Notes under the pieces: generated by a model | What the model was told of the DNA's origin: nothing | Seen by the model: the letters and a program-made list of their open reading frames with translations, nothing else | The model's database searches: none | Virus record (IMG/VR): IMGVR_UViG_3300031951_000032 | Length of the DNA stretch: 64,000 nucleotides | Origin: an uncultured virus (IMG/VR IMGVR_UViG_3300031951_000032) | Taxonomy: Duplodnaviria; Heunggongvirae; Uroviricota; Caudoviricetes | Reading direction: 5' to 3' (one strand) | Shown here: positions 39,076 to 48,705 of the stretch, in pieces | How the letters are laid out: each line of letters begins with the position of its first letter | Numbering within the stretch: position 1 is the first letter of the stretch | Position numbers and translations under genes: made by a program

Positions 39076-40596
39076 ATGTCAAAAGTGGTGACATTTGTGA
39101 TACCAAGCAGTGCCAAGCAGGCCTATCAGGACCTGTCACAAAAATATTCGGCTATTGAGCCGCCGACATGGGCACTCCTTTTGGCGCAAGCAGTTCGTAA
39201 AGAAGGACATGATCCTTGTATCTTAGACTTTGATGCGGACCCATCACCAGACCTTGAGCATTCGGCTCATCGTATCTCTGCTACGAATACAGACATAGCA
39301 GTGTTTGTTCTTTATGGACAAAATCCAAACTCAGGCACCACAATGATGATTGGTGCATCAAGACTAGCAAGACAACTCAAACTCATTCGGCCTTCAATCA
39401 AAACTGTATTCATTGGCTCTCATGCATCTGCATTGCCGTATGATGTGATTGGTTTACCTTATGTTGATTTTGTATTCATCAATGAAGGTGTATATGGTTT
39501 ACTAGACCTACTTCAAACAAACTACAAAGATCACTTGGATAAAGTTCGTGGTCTTGTTTATAAGAAGCATGGCTTTGCTGCAACAGGTGCACCAGGAGAA
39601 ATTGTCAAAACAGAAGACATGGATCGTGTAATGCCTGGTTATGCATGGGATTTGCTACCAAAGAAAACAAATCTTTTAGACAAGTACAGGGCACATTATT
39701 GGCATACAAACTTCTTAGATGAAGATCGTACACCGTTTGCCGCAATCTCAACATCATTAGGCTGCTCATTTGGTTGCAACTTCTGTATGATCAACATCGT
39801 GAATCGTACATCGTATCAGCAAGGTACAGTATCGTCAGACTCACGTGGTATGCGTTTCTTTTCACCAGAATTGATGCTCAAAGAATTTGAGTTTCTGTGG
39901 GAAAACGGTGTGCGTACAGTTCGTTTGACTGATGAAATGTTCTTTCTGAACAAGAAATACTATGTGCCTATTTTACAAGGTCTTGTTGATCGTGGTATGA
40001 AGTTTAACTTTTGGGCATATGCACGTGTTGATTCTGTTCGCAAGGATCAACTTGAACTATTTAAAGAAGCAGGTGTTAATTGGCTTGCACTTGGTATTGA
40101 AGCAGGTAATCCACAAGTTCGTTTAGAGATTGATAAAGGTCGCTTTAAGCAAGTTGACATTCGTGAAGTTGTACAAGATATCAAAGATGCAGGCATCAAC
40201 GTACTTGGTAATTACATGTTTGGTTTTCCAGAAGACACACAAGAAACAATGCAAGAGACACTTGACCTTGCACTTGAGTTGAATTGTGAACATGCAAACT
40301 TCTATGCAGCAATGGCATTACCTGGCAGTCCACTATACATGGAAGCAATTAATAATAAATGGGAATTGCCAGAGACATTTGAAGAGTTTGCATTTCTTTC
40401 ATATGATTGTAAACCACTCAGAACAAAAGCACTAACTGGTGCTGAAGTTTTAAAGTTTCGTGATGAAGCATGGCACAAATACTTTTCACATGAACCATTT
40501 CTAAATCTTGTTGAGAATAAATTTGGCACACAATCAAGACAGAACATTCAAGAGATGTCAAAGATTAAATTGAAGAGGAAGATACTAGGTGACTAA
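39076..40596 (+). CDS. Cobalamin-binding radical SAM enzyme
   Basis: N-terminal B12-binding-like domain (EPP.W...LA, G.H.SALP, EG) plus CxxxCxxC (CSFGCNFC), DEMF, GIEAG, MFGFPEDT, PGSPLY. Confidence 0.88.
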   Translation: MSKVVTFVIPSSAKQAYQDLSQKYSAIEPPTWALLLAQAVRKEGHDPCILDFDADPSPDLEHSAHRISATNTDIAVFVLYGQNPNSGTTMMIGASRLARQLKLIRPSIKTVFIGSHASALPYDVIGLPYVDFVFINEGVYGLLDLLQTNYKDHLDKVRGLVYKKHGFAATGAPGEIVKTEDMDRVMPGYAWDLLPKKTNLLDKYRAHYWHTNFLDEDRTPFAAISTSLGCSFGCNFCMINIVNRTSYQQGTVSSDSRGMRFFSPELMLKEFEFLWENGVRTVRLTDEMFFLNKKYYVPILQGLVDRGMKFNFWAYARVDSVRKDQLELFKEAGVNWLALGIEAGNPQVRLEIDKGRFKQVDIREVVQDIKDAGINVLGNYMFGFPEDTQETMQETLDLALELNCEHANFYAAMALPGSPLYMEAINNKWELPETFEEFAFLSYDCKPLRTKALTGAEVLKFRDEAWHKYFSHEPFLNLVENKFGTQSRQNIQEMSKIKLKRKILGD

Positions 40597-41188
40597 GCAA
40601 GAACTTATAGAATTTGAAGAGAAGATGGCAGAGCATTTTAATAATGCTCGTATTCGTGCGCCAATTCATCTTTACTATGGCAATGAAAATGAACTGATTA
40701 AAATCTTTAAAGATATTCGTTCAAAAGATTGGGTGTTCTGTTCATGGCGTTCACACTATCAATGTTTGCTGAAAGGTGTACCACCAGAACAAATAGAAAA
40801 AGATATTTTGGAAGGCAAATCAATTTCACTGTGCTATCCAGAATTCAATATCTACTCATCAGCAATCGTTGGTGGTAACATACCAATTGCTGTTGGTGCT
40901 GCAATGGCTATGAAGAGAAAAAAGATTGATACAAAAGTTTATTGTTTTGTTGGTGACATGACTGCTGAATCGGGCGTCTTTTCTGAGAACTTAAAGTACA
41001 GCATGGCTAATAATTTGCCTATCAAGTTTATTGTTGAAGACAATGGTAAGTCAGTGTGTACAGACACGATGAAGACATGGGGTTTAAATCAATCATTATA
41101 CAAACATCTTGACCAAGAATACATTTATTACTATGAATATGAAACCAAATATCCACATGCTGGTGCAGGAATGAGGGTGCAATTTTGA
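40589..41188 (+). CDS. ThDP-dependent enzyme, E1-alpha-like (PP-binding) subunit
   Basis: HL..GNE, WRSHY..L, SAIVGG, GD...E.G...E.L....EDN ThDP motif; 199 aa. Confidence 0.85.
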   Translation: MTKQELIEFEEKMAEHFNNARIRAPIHLYYGNENELIKIFKDIRSKDWVFCSWRSHYQCLLKGVPPEQIEKDILEGKSISLCYPEFNIYSSAIVGGNIPIAVGAAMAMKRKKIDTKVYCFVGDMTAESGVFSENLKYSMANNLPIKFIVEDNGKSVCTDTMKTWGLNQSLYKHLDQEYIYYYEYETKYPHAGAGMRVQF

Positions 41189-41715
41189 AATACTTTGAAG
41201 AACTCAAAGCAGCAATGGAGATGCTGTCAAAAGATTCACGTGTAATGTTCATGGGTCAAGCAGTTGAGTATGCTGGCACTGCCATGACAAACACATTGAA
41301 AGATGTACCAAAAGAACAGTTGTTAGAAATGCCTGTGTTTGAAGACACACAAATGGGTATGACACTTGGTCTTGCACTTGCTGGTTTTATTCCTGTGAGC
41401 ATTTATCCACGATGGAATTTTTTAATCTGTGCAACAAATCAACTTGTCAATCATGTTGATAAAATTACGATGATGTCTGATTACAAACCACGTATCATCA
41501 TTCGTACAAGTATTGGCTCAGAAAGACCTTTGCACCCACAACACCAACATGTCGGTGATTACACCGATGCTTTTAGAATGTTGTGTGAAAATGTTGATGT
41601 GATAAGACTAGAAGAACCAGAAGATATTATGCCTGCATATACAAAGGCATATGAAAGAAAAGATGGTATTGCTACGATACTTGTAGAGTACGGAGACTAC
41701 TATAACGAAAAATGA
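41185..41715 (+). CDS. ThDP-dependent enzyme, E1-beta/transketolase pyrimidine-binding subunit (short)
   Basis: MGQ.V, EMPV.E..QMG...GLAL.G..P, NQLVN, QH; 176 aa with no C-terminal domain. Confidence 0.82.
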   Translation: MKYFEELKAAMEMLSKDSRVMFMGQAVEYAGTAMTNTLKDVPKEQLLEMPVFEDTQMGMTLGLALAGFIPVSIYPRWNFLICATNQLVNHVDKITMMSDYKPRIIIRTSIGSERPLHPQHQHVGDYTDAFRMLCENVDVIRLEEPEDIMPAYTKAYERKDGIATILVEYGDYYNEK

Positions 41716-42695
41716 TTATATCTAGAACTCCTTATCGTCTTTCTTTGTTTGGTGGTGGTACAGATTATCCAGCATGGTATCAAAACAGACCTTCTAAGGT
41801 CATATCTGCTGCCATGGCACACTACTGCTATATAAGTTTAAAGAAGTTACCGCCTTACTTTGACTATGTGAATAGAGTTATCTATTCTAAAATTGAAAGC
41901 GTATCAGATATTTCACAAATAGATCATCCTTCTGTAAGGGAGTGTTTGAAATACTATGATATACCTAATGGGATTTCTATTAGCCATGACGGCGATTTAC
42001 CTGCTCGTTCAGGCATTGGATCAAGTTCTTCATTTACTGTTGGATTGATTCACGCCATACTGGCTTCAAAGAAAAAATTGCCAACGCCGTATGGTCTTGC
42101 AATTGATGCTATCAATATAGAACAGAACTGTATTGGTGAGTCTGTTGGTGTACAAGACCAAATCATGGCGGCTTATGGTGGCATTCGTGTCATTGAATTA
42201 TCTGATGAGGGTATCAATGTTCGTGACCTAAGAATTAAAGATGATTATACACTCAACCTAGAAGAACATATCATGCTAGGTTTTTCAGGCATTGATAGAT
42301 TTTCAAGTGTTCACGCCAAACACCAAATTGATGCTATCAAAGAGGGTAAGTCTACAAAGTTATTGGAAGAAATAACTTCAGTCACAAATAATGCATTGTA
42401 TATTTTTGAAAATCATGGTAAAATAGAAAACATAGGTGAGTTGTTAGACTATCAGTGGAAACGGAAAAGAGAACTCACGGATAGTGTTACAACTAGTTAC
42501 ATAGATACAATATACAATAAAGCAATGAATGCTGGTGCATACGGTGGTAAATTGATGGGTGCGGGTGGTGGTGGATTCTTTATGTTTCTTGCACCGCCTG
42601 ATGCACATGAGAAGATAAGACAAGCAATACCAGAAATTAATGTATGGGTGCCCTTCAGATTTGATTTTGAAGGCTCTAAAATTATAATGGAGTGA
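41712..42695 (+). CDS. GHMP-family sugar kinase (HddA-like)
   Basis: RTP.R.S.FGGGTD, DLPARSG.GSSSSF, G.QDQ..AAYGG, GGKLMGAGGGGF. Confidence 0.9.
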   Translation: MIISRTPYRLSLFGGGTDYPAWYQNRPSKVISAAMAHYCYISLKKLPPYFDYVNRVIYSKIESVSDISQIDHPSVRECLKYYDIPNGISISHDGDLPARSGIGSSSSFTVGLIHAILASKKKLPTPYGLAIDAINIEQNCIGESVGVQDQIMAAYGGIRVIELSDEGINVRDLRIKDDYTLNLEEHIMLGFSGIDRFSSVHAKHQIDAIKEGKSTKLLEEITSVTNNALYIFENHGKIENIGELLDYQWKRKRELTDSVTTSYIDTIYNKAMNAGAYGGKLMGAGGGGFFMFLAPPDAHEKIRQAIPEINVWVPFRFDFEGSKIIME

Positions 42696-42697
42696 GA

Positions 42698-43873
42698 ATG
42701 AAGTATCCTTTAATGTCAGACAATATTACTAGAGAAGATTTAGATTTGGTAATAGAACATCTTAAAAAAGATAATCCTAAACTTACAAATGGTCCTGAGT
42801 GCCGTGCTTTTGAAGAAGCATGGAGTAAATGGCTTGGTGTAAAATATTCTGTGTTTGTCAACTCAGGTGCTTCTGCTAATCTATTGTCAATGACAATGTT
42901 GAAGATCAAACATCCAGAAGGTGGTGAAGTGATTGTGCCACCATTCACATGGGTATCTGATATCGCATCTATTATTCAATGTGGTTTCACACCAGTATTT
43001 GTTGACATTGATTTGGATACACTTGGCATGAATGATTTTGGCATACTCAATGCAATCACTGATAAAACAAGAGCAGTGTTTATTACGTATGCACAAGGTT
43101 TTGATTGTTTATCTGACAGAGTATTGGAAGTTCTACGTCATCGTAGCATACCTTTGATTGAAGATGTCTGTGAATCACATGGTGCAACACACAACGGTAA
43201 ACTGTTGGGTAGTTATGGTTGGATGTCTAACTTCTCTTTCTACTTTGCACATCACATGTCTACCATTGAAGGTGGTATGGTATGTACAAACGACCCTGAA
43301 GTATATCACACAGTTCGTATGCTTCGTTCACACGGTATGGTTCGTGAGTGTGCATCAGAAGAAATGTCCGAGAAGTATAAGGCAGAGTACCCTGAGTTGA
43401 ACTCTGACTTTATCTTTGCCTATCCAGCATACAACATGCGTAACAATGAGATTGGCGGTATACTTGGTCAAAATCAGTTGAAACATTTGGATGAAAATGT
43501 TAGACTACGTAATGAGAATCTATTTTACTTTTTGGCTAAACTAGACCAGAAAAAGTATAAGGTTGATTTTAGATTGATTGGTTGCAGCAACTATGCCTTT
43601 AACATTGTATTGCAGCCAGAGTATGCAAACAAAGAGTTTGCTCAAAGATTGATGGGTAAGATGCGTGATGAACAAATTGAGTTTCGTCGTGGTTCTGCTG
43701 GTGGCGGCAATCAACTGCGTCAACCATACTTGAAGAACATTGTGCCAGAAGATCATTACAAGAACTTTCCAAACACTGATCACATGCACTTTTATTCGTT
43801 CTACATTGGTAACTATCCAACATTAAGTAAGATGGCAATTGACGAAATCACAACTGTACTGAATAGGGTATAA
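42698..43873 (+). CDS. DegT/DnrJ-family PLP enzyme, ColD-like 3-dehydratase
   Basis: VNSGASANL, EDVCESHGA, FSFYFAHHMSTIEGGM with His where aminotransferases have the PLP Lys. Confidence 0.85.
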   Translation: MKYPLMSDNITREDLDLVIEHLKKDNPKLTNGPECRAFEEAWSKWLGVKYSVFVNSGASANLLSMTMLKIKHPEGGEVIVPPFTWVSDIASIIQCGFTPVFVDIDLDTLGMNDFGILNAITDKTRAVFITYAQGFDCLSDRVLEVLRHRSIPLIEDVCESHGATHNGKLLGSYGWMSNFSFYFAHHMSTIEGGMVCTNDPEVYHTVRMLRSHGMVRECASEEMSEKYKAEYPELNSDFIFAYPAYNMRNNEIGGILGQNQLKHLDENVRLRNENLFYFLAKLDQKKYKVDFRLIGCSNYAFNIVLQPEYANKEFAQRLMGKMRDEQIEFRRGSAGGGNQLRQPYLKNIVPEDHYKNFPNTDHMHFYSFYIGNYPTLSKMAIDEITTVLNRV

Positions 43874-43874
43874 T

Positions 43875-44807
43875 ATGAACATATTGGTGACTGGCGGCGC
43901 TGGCTATATTGGCTGCATTTTAACAGAGTATTTACTTCAGACAGGACATGAAGTGACTGTCATTGACAACTTCATGTACAAGCAAACTGGACTGAATCAT
44001 CTTTGTGAAAACAAAAAACTTACCATTGTAAATGGAGACATTCGTAATCCATATCATATGACGCCTCTGTTGAAAAAAGCAGATGTTGTTATACCACTTG
44101 CAGCACTTGTTGGTGCGCCGCTGTGTAATAAAGATGTTGTTGGTGCAGACACGACAAACAAAGATGCAATGTTCTGGATGTTAAATGCTGTTTCAAATGA
44201 ACAGCGTATCATTATGCCTACAACCAATTCAGCATATGGCACAGGTGATGAAAACAATTTCTGCACAGAAGAATCACCACTGCGGCCAATCTCTAAGTAT
44301 GCGATTGATAAGGTTGCAGTAGAAGAAAGATTGATGGAGCGTGAGAACTCAATCAGTTACCGTCTTGCTACCGTGTTTGGTATGTCACCACGTATGCGTT
44401 CAGACTTACTAGTAAATGATTTGGTCTATCGTGCAGTCAATGATGGCTATGTAATTATCTTTGAAGGTCATTTCAAACGTAACTACATTCATGTACGTGA
44501 TGTATGTGAAGCATTCTTACATGCACTCTTTCAGTTTGATTACATGAAGAGCAATATCTATAATGTAGGTTTGTCATCGGCAAATGTATCTAAACTAGAA
44601 CTCTGTGACATTATCAAGAAACATATTCCTACTTTCACAGTGGTAGGGGGTGATATCAAAAAAGACCCAGATCAACGTAACTATATTGTGTCAAATGAAA
44701 AACTAGAATCAACAGGTTGGGCACCTTATCATACACTAGATGATGGTGTAGAAGAACTTATCAAGGGCTATACATACTTGAAGAATAACATTTACGGTAA
44801 TGTATAA
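43875..44807 (+). CDS. NAD-dependent sugar epimerase/reductase (extended SDR)
   Basis: TGGAGYIG, YAIDK (YxxxK), RLATVFG.SPRMR.DLLVN, RNYIHVRD. Confidence 0.9.
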   Translation: MNILVTGGAGYIGCILTEYLLQTGHEVTVIDNFMYKQTGLNHLCENKKLTIVNGDIRNPYHMTPLLKKADVVIPLAALVGAPLCNKDVVGADTTNKDAMFWMLNAVSNEQRIIMPTTNSAYGTGDENNFCTEESPLRPISKYAIDKVAVEERLMERENSISYRLATVFGMSPRMRSDLLVNDLVYRAVNDGYVIIFEGHFKRNYIHVRDVCEAFLHALFQFDYMKSNIYNVGLSSANVSKLELCDIIKKHIPTFTVVGGDIKKDPDQRNYIVSNEKLESTGWAPYHTLDDGVEELIKGYTYLKNNIYGNV

Positions 44808-45346
44808 TGACAACAGCAAATCATTACGTTAATAATGCAGATTTTCTAGCAGCACTTGTTAAGTATCGTACAGAATGTGCCACTGCTAAAGAAGAAAATA
44901 AACCAGAGCCAAAGATACCAGATTACATTGGCGAATGCTTTCTAAAGATTGCAGAACACCTATCACGTAAGCCAAACTTTATTTCATACACATACCGTGA
45001 TGAGATGATATCAGATGGTGTTGAAAACTGTCTGATGTATTTTCGTAACTTTGATCCTGCCAAATCAAAGAATCCATTTGCTTACTTCACACAGATAATT
45101 TACTATGCTTTTCTGCGTAGAATTATGCGTGAGAAGAAGCAACTGTATGTGAAGTATAAAGCCACACAACAGTTTGGTTTGCTTGATGAGGGTGAGATGT
45201 ATGAAGATGAAAATGGTAACATGAAGCAGTTTGAGTTGTATGATAACATCTCAGAGTTCATTCATAACTTTGAGGAAAATAAGAAAAAGAAAAAAGAAAA
45301 GAAGTCGGAGGGTCTTGAACAATTTCTAGATGATGATGTAGAGTAA
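44807..45346 (+). CDS. gp55: Late-transcription sigma factor
   Basis: HYVNN..F, YIGECFLKIA..LS.KPNF..Y.YRDEMI.DG.ENC, NPFAYFTQI.YYAFLRRI..EKKQ. Confidence 0.96.
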   Translation: MTTANHYVNNADFLAALVKYRTECATAKEENKPEPKIPDYIGECFLKIAEHLSRKPNFISYTYRDEMISDGVENCLMYFRNFDPAKSKNPFAYFTQIIYYAFLRRIMREKKQLYVKYKATQQFGLLDEGEMYEDENGNMKQFELYDNISEFIHNFEENKKKKKEKKSEGLEQFLDDDVE

Positions 45347-45350
45347 TATT

Positions 45351-46427
45351 ATGAAAATATGTGTGCTTGGTGATACTCACTTCGGTATGAGAGGTGATTC
45401 TTTAGACTTTCATAAATACATAGAGAAGTTCTACGATAACGTGTTCTTCCCCTACTTAAAGGATCACAATGTTACAACCGTTGTACAACTTGGTGATCTT
45501 TTCGACCGCCGTAAGTTTATTAACTTCAATTCACTCTATCTATGTCGTAAATATTTCTTTGATAAACTACAAGAAAATGGCATCACGTTCATCACATTCC
45601 TTGGTAACCATGATGTCGCTTTCAAAAACACCCTTCAGGTTAACTCCTCAAAGTTACTTCTAAACGGTTATGATAATGTTACTGTACTGGATACTTTTAC
45701 TACAATGCAGTTTGGCGGCATTGATATTGACCTGGTACCTTGGATATGTGACGATAACGAAGTTGAAATCACTCAAAGACTAAAAGACTCCAAATCACAA
45801 ATCGTTTTTGGTCATTTTGAAATAGCAGGCTTTGAAATGGATCGTGGTAATATTTGCCATGAGGGTATTGACAAGGCACTGTTTAACAAGTATGATATAG
45901 TTTTGTCTGGTCATTTTCATCATCGTTCTGATGATGGACACATTTACTACGTTGGTTCACCAAATGAAATGACATGGGCAGATTATAATGACCCACGTGG
46001 CTTTGTCATCTTTGACACACATACCCGTGAACAAGAGTTTGTCAAGAACCCATACAGAATGTTTTACAAGTTAAATTATAATGATGAACTAGAAAATTTC
46101 GCTGAAGGTTATAAACCAACATTCATGGACTATTCGATCTATGAGGGTTGTTATGTCAAGGTGGTTGTGATCAACAAACTAAATCCATTTTTGTTTGACA
46201 TTGTGATTGATAGTATATACAAAGCCGGTGCTGCCGATATATCTGTCGTTGAAGATTTCACCGATACAACAACTGATATTGACCAAGAATTAGTTGATCA
46301 GGCAGAAGATACCATGACAATACTTTCAAAGTATATCGATAACTTGACAATCAATGTAGAGCCTGTTAAACTAAAAAGTATTATGCAGGAACTTTATGTT
46401 GAGGCACTGAGTACCACTACTGAATGA
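45351..46427 (+). CDS. gp47: Recombination endonuclease subunit (Mre11/SbcD-like)
   Basis: GDTHFG, LGDLFDRRK, GNHD, SGHFH. Confidence 0.95.
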   Translation: MKICVLGDTHFGMRGDSLDFHKYIEKFYDNVFFPYLKDHNVTTVVQLGDLFDRRKFINFNSLYLCRKYFFDKLQENGITFITFLGNHDVAFKNTLQVNSSKLLLNGYDNVTVLDTFTTMQFGGIDIDLVPWICDDNEVEITQRLKDSKSQIVFGHFEIAGFEMDRGNICHEGIDKALFNKYDIVLSGHFHHRSDDGHIYYVGSPNEMTWADYNDPRGFVIFDTHTREQEFVKNPYRMFYKLNYNDELENFAEGYKPTFMDYSIYEGCYVKVVVINKLNPFLFDIVIDSIYKAGAADISVVEDFTDTTTDIDQELVDQAEDTMTILSKYIDNLTINVEPVKLKSIMQELYVEALSTTTE

Positions 46428-48130
46428 TATTATTTAAAACACTGCGTTGGAAAAATCTGTTAAGTACCGGTAATTACTTTACCGAAATAGCACTAAACAG
46501 TAACGCTAATACATTAATTGTAGGTACGAATGGCTCTGGTAAGTCAACGATGCTTGACGCCTTGTGTTTTGGTTTGTTTGGTAAACCTTTTCGTGCAATT
46601 AACAAACCAAATCTTGTAAACTCAATCAACAATCGGGATGCTGTAGTTGAAATAGAGTTTTCAATTGGTAGCAAAGAGTTCAAGATTGTTCGTGGTATCA
46701 AACCAAACATCTTTGAAATCTACCAAGATAAAGTTTTGCTGAATCAAGATGCGGCTGTAAGAGATTATCAAGACTACCTAGAGAGGTTTATTCTCAAACT
46801 AAACTACAAGTCTTTCACACAGATCGTTATTCTTGGTTCAGCATCGTTTACGCCGTTCATGCAGTTGTCTTCTGCCGACCGTAGAGCAATTATTGAAGAC
46901 TTGTTAGACATTCAGATTTTCTCTACAATGAATGGTCTAATCAAAGAAAGATTGTCAAACAATAAAGACCTGACGGTAGCAAAAAAGAGTGATATATCTT
47001 TGTTGATGCAGAAGTATCAATTGAAGAAAGAGCATCAAGATAAACTCAATCAAGATAATGAAGCAAAGGTAAAAGAATATGAGGAAGAGATACTTCTGCA
47101 CAGAGAAACCATTCGCACCTTACATGGTGACATTGACAGCTTGGAACAAACCAAGCAGACCTTATCCGAAGTCTGTGCTAAAATTCCTGAAAATGAAAAG
47201 AAGATTACTGCGTTTAAAAAAGTTGAGTCACAAATTGAGAGCAAGATATCCAAAGTGGGAAATGATAGAAGTTTCTATGAACACAATGCTGATTGCCCAA
47301 CCTGTAGGCAGGCCATTACCATGGAGTTTAAAGAAGGGCAACTCACAGAACTTGGCACAAAAGAACACGAACTTGCTAGTGCTTTGACGGAATTACAAAC
47401 AAAAATTACAGATCAAGAAAATGTAGTTGCTGAACTGCGTGAAAAAGAAAAAGAACTATCAAATGTACGCATTCAATTGGCGACAACACAGACTGGTGTC
47501 AAAGGTTTGAATGATTCAATTATCAAACTAGAAAAACAAATCAAACAAATACAAAAGCCAAAAGAAGACGTTGATGAGGATGAATTAGATACCATCAAGA
47601 AAGAGGTTGAACAAGCACAAGATGAACTGAAGCAGTTGTTGGATGATAAAGCATATTACGATGTTGCTTCTTCATTGTTGAAAGATACCGGCATCAAAAC
47701 AAACATCATCAAGCAATATTTGCCAGTAATAAACAAATTGGTGAACAAGTATCTGACAAGTATGGATTTCTTTGTGAACTTCAATCTTGATGAGTCATTC
47801 AAAGAAACAATTAAGTCTAGGCATCGTGATGAATTTTCTTACCATAATTTTTCAGAAGGTGAGAAACAGCGTATTGATATGGCATTGATGTTGACATGGA
47901 GAGCAGTTGCAAAACTAAAGAACTCCACCAATACCAATCTATTGATACTTGATGAAGTGTTTGATTCAAGTTTAGATACAAGTGGCACAGAAGACTTGAT
48001 GAAGATATTACATACACTTGAAGGTGTAAATCTGTTTGTCATCAGCCATAAAGGTGACATACTACAAGATAAGTTTGCAAATACAATTAAATTTGAGAAA
48101 GTCAAAAATTTTTCAAGGATGGTGAAATGA
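46424..48130 (+). CDS. gp46: Recombination ATPase subunit (Rad50/SbcC-like)
   Basis: NGSGKST, CPTC hook, FSEGEK.RID, LILDEVFD, ISHK. Confidence 0.96.
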   Translation: MILFKTLRWKNLLSTGNYFTEIALNSNANTLIVGTNGSGKSTMLDALCFGLFGKPFRAINKPNLVNSINNRDAVVEIEFSIGSKEFKIVRGIKPNIFEIYQDKVLLNQDAAVRDYQDYLERFILKLNYKSFTQIVILGSASFTPFMQLSSADRRAIIEDLLDIQIFSTMNGLIKERLSNNKDLTVAKKSDISLLMQKYQLKKEHQDKLNQDNEAKVKEYEEEILLHRETIRTLHGDIDSLEQTKQTLSEVCAKIPENEKKITAFKKVESQIESKISKVGNDRSFYEHNADCPTCRQAITMEFKEGQLTELGTKEHELASALTELQTKITDQENVVAELREKEKELSNVRIQLATTQTGVKGLNDSIIKLEKQIKQIQKPKEDVDEDELDTIKKEVEQAQDELKQLLDDKAYYDVASSLLKDTGIKTNIIKQYLPVINKLVNKYLTSMDFFVNFNLDESFKETIKSRHRDEFSYHNFSEGEKQRIDMALMLTWRAVAKLKNSTNTNLLILDEVFDSSLDTSGTEDLMKILHTLEGVNLFVISHKGDILQDKFANTIKFEKVKNFSRMVK

Positions 48131-48705
48131 GTGAGATACTAACAATTGATACTGCCGCTGGCTTACAACAAATAGAGAAAGTAAATCCTTTGCCTGTACA
48201 TGGTGAAGATTACTTTATGTTGAGTGTTCCTATACCTGAGTATAAAGGAGACTTTCCTAATCCCGCAATTGTTCATTTGGCAAAACGTTTGCGTACTACC
48301 ATGAAATTGTATTCTGGTTTAGGATTGTCTGCAAACCAATGCGGTGTTGCTGAGAGAATGTTTGTTATTGGTATGGACGACTTTCAACTAACATGCTTGA
48401 ATCCTAAACTAAAAATAATGTCTGCCAATAAAGTAAAAGAAAAAGAAGGATGCTTATCTTATCCAGGTCTGTTTTTAAATGTAGAAAGACCTGATTGGAT
48501 TGAAGTTGAATTTCTTAATGAGCATGGTGAAAAACAAGAAATGAGACTTGATGGATTAACGGCTCGTTGTTTTATGCATGAAATGGACCACATGAATGGA
48601 ATTCATTATACGAACTATGTGAAGCCCGTAGCACTGAGAATGGCAAGACAAAGAGCAACTAAACTTGTGAAAAAAATTATTCGTAATAGCAAAAAAAATG
48701 GATGA
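48127..48705 (+). CDS. def: Peptide deformylase
   Basis: GLGLSANQCG, EGCLS and HEMDH motifs. Confidence 0.92.
   Translation: MSEILTIDTAAGLQQIEKVNPLPVHGEDYFMLSVPIPEYKGDFPNPAIVHLAKRLRTTMKLYSGLGLSANQCGVAERMFVIGMDDFQLTCLNPKLKIMSANKVKEKEGCLSYPGLFLNVERPDWIEVEFLNEHGEKQEMRLDGLTARCFMHEMDHMNGIHYTNYVKPVALRMARQRATKLVKKIIRNSKKNG

Noticed and set aside
40589..41715. Auxiliary pyruvate dehydrogenase for central metabolism
   Set aside because: Subunits are truncated, E2/E3 are absent and the context is sugar-nucleotide enzymes.
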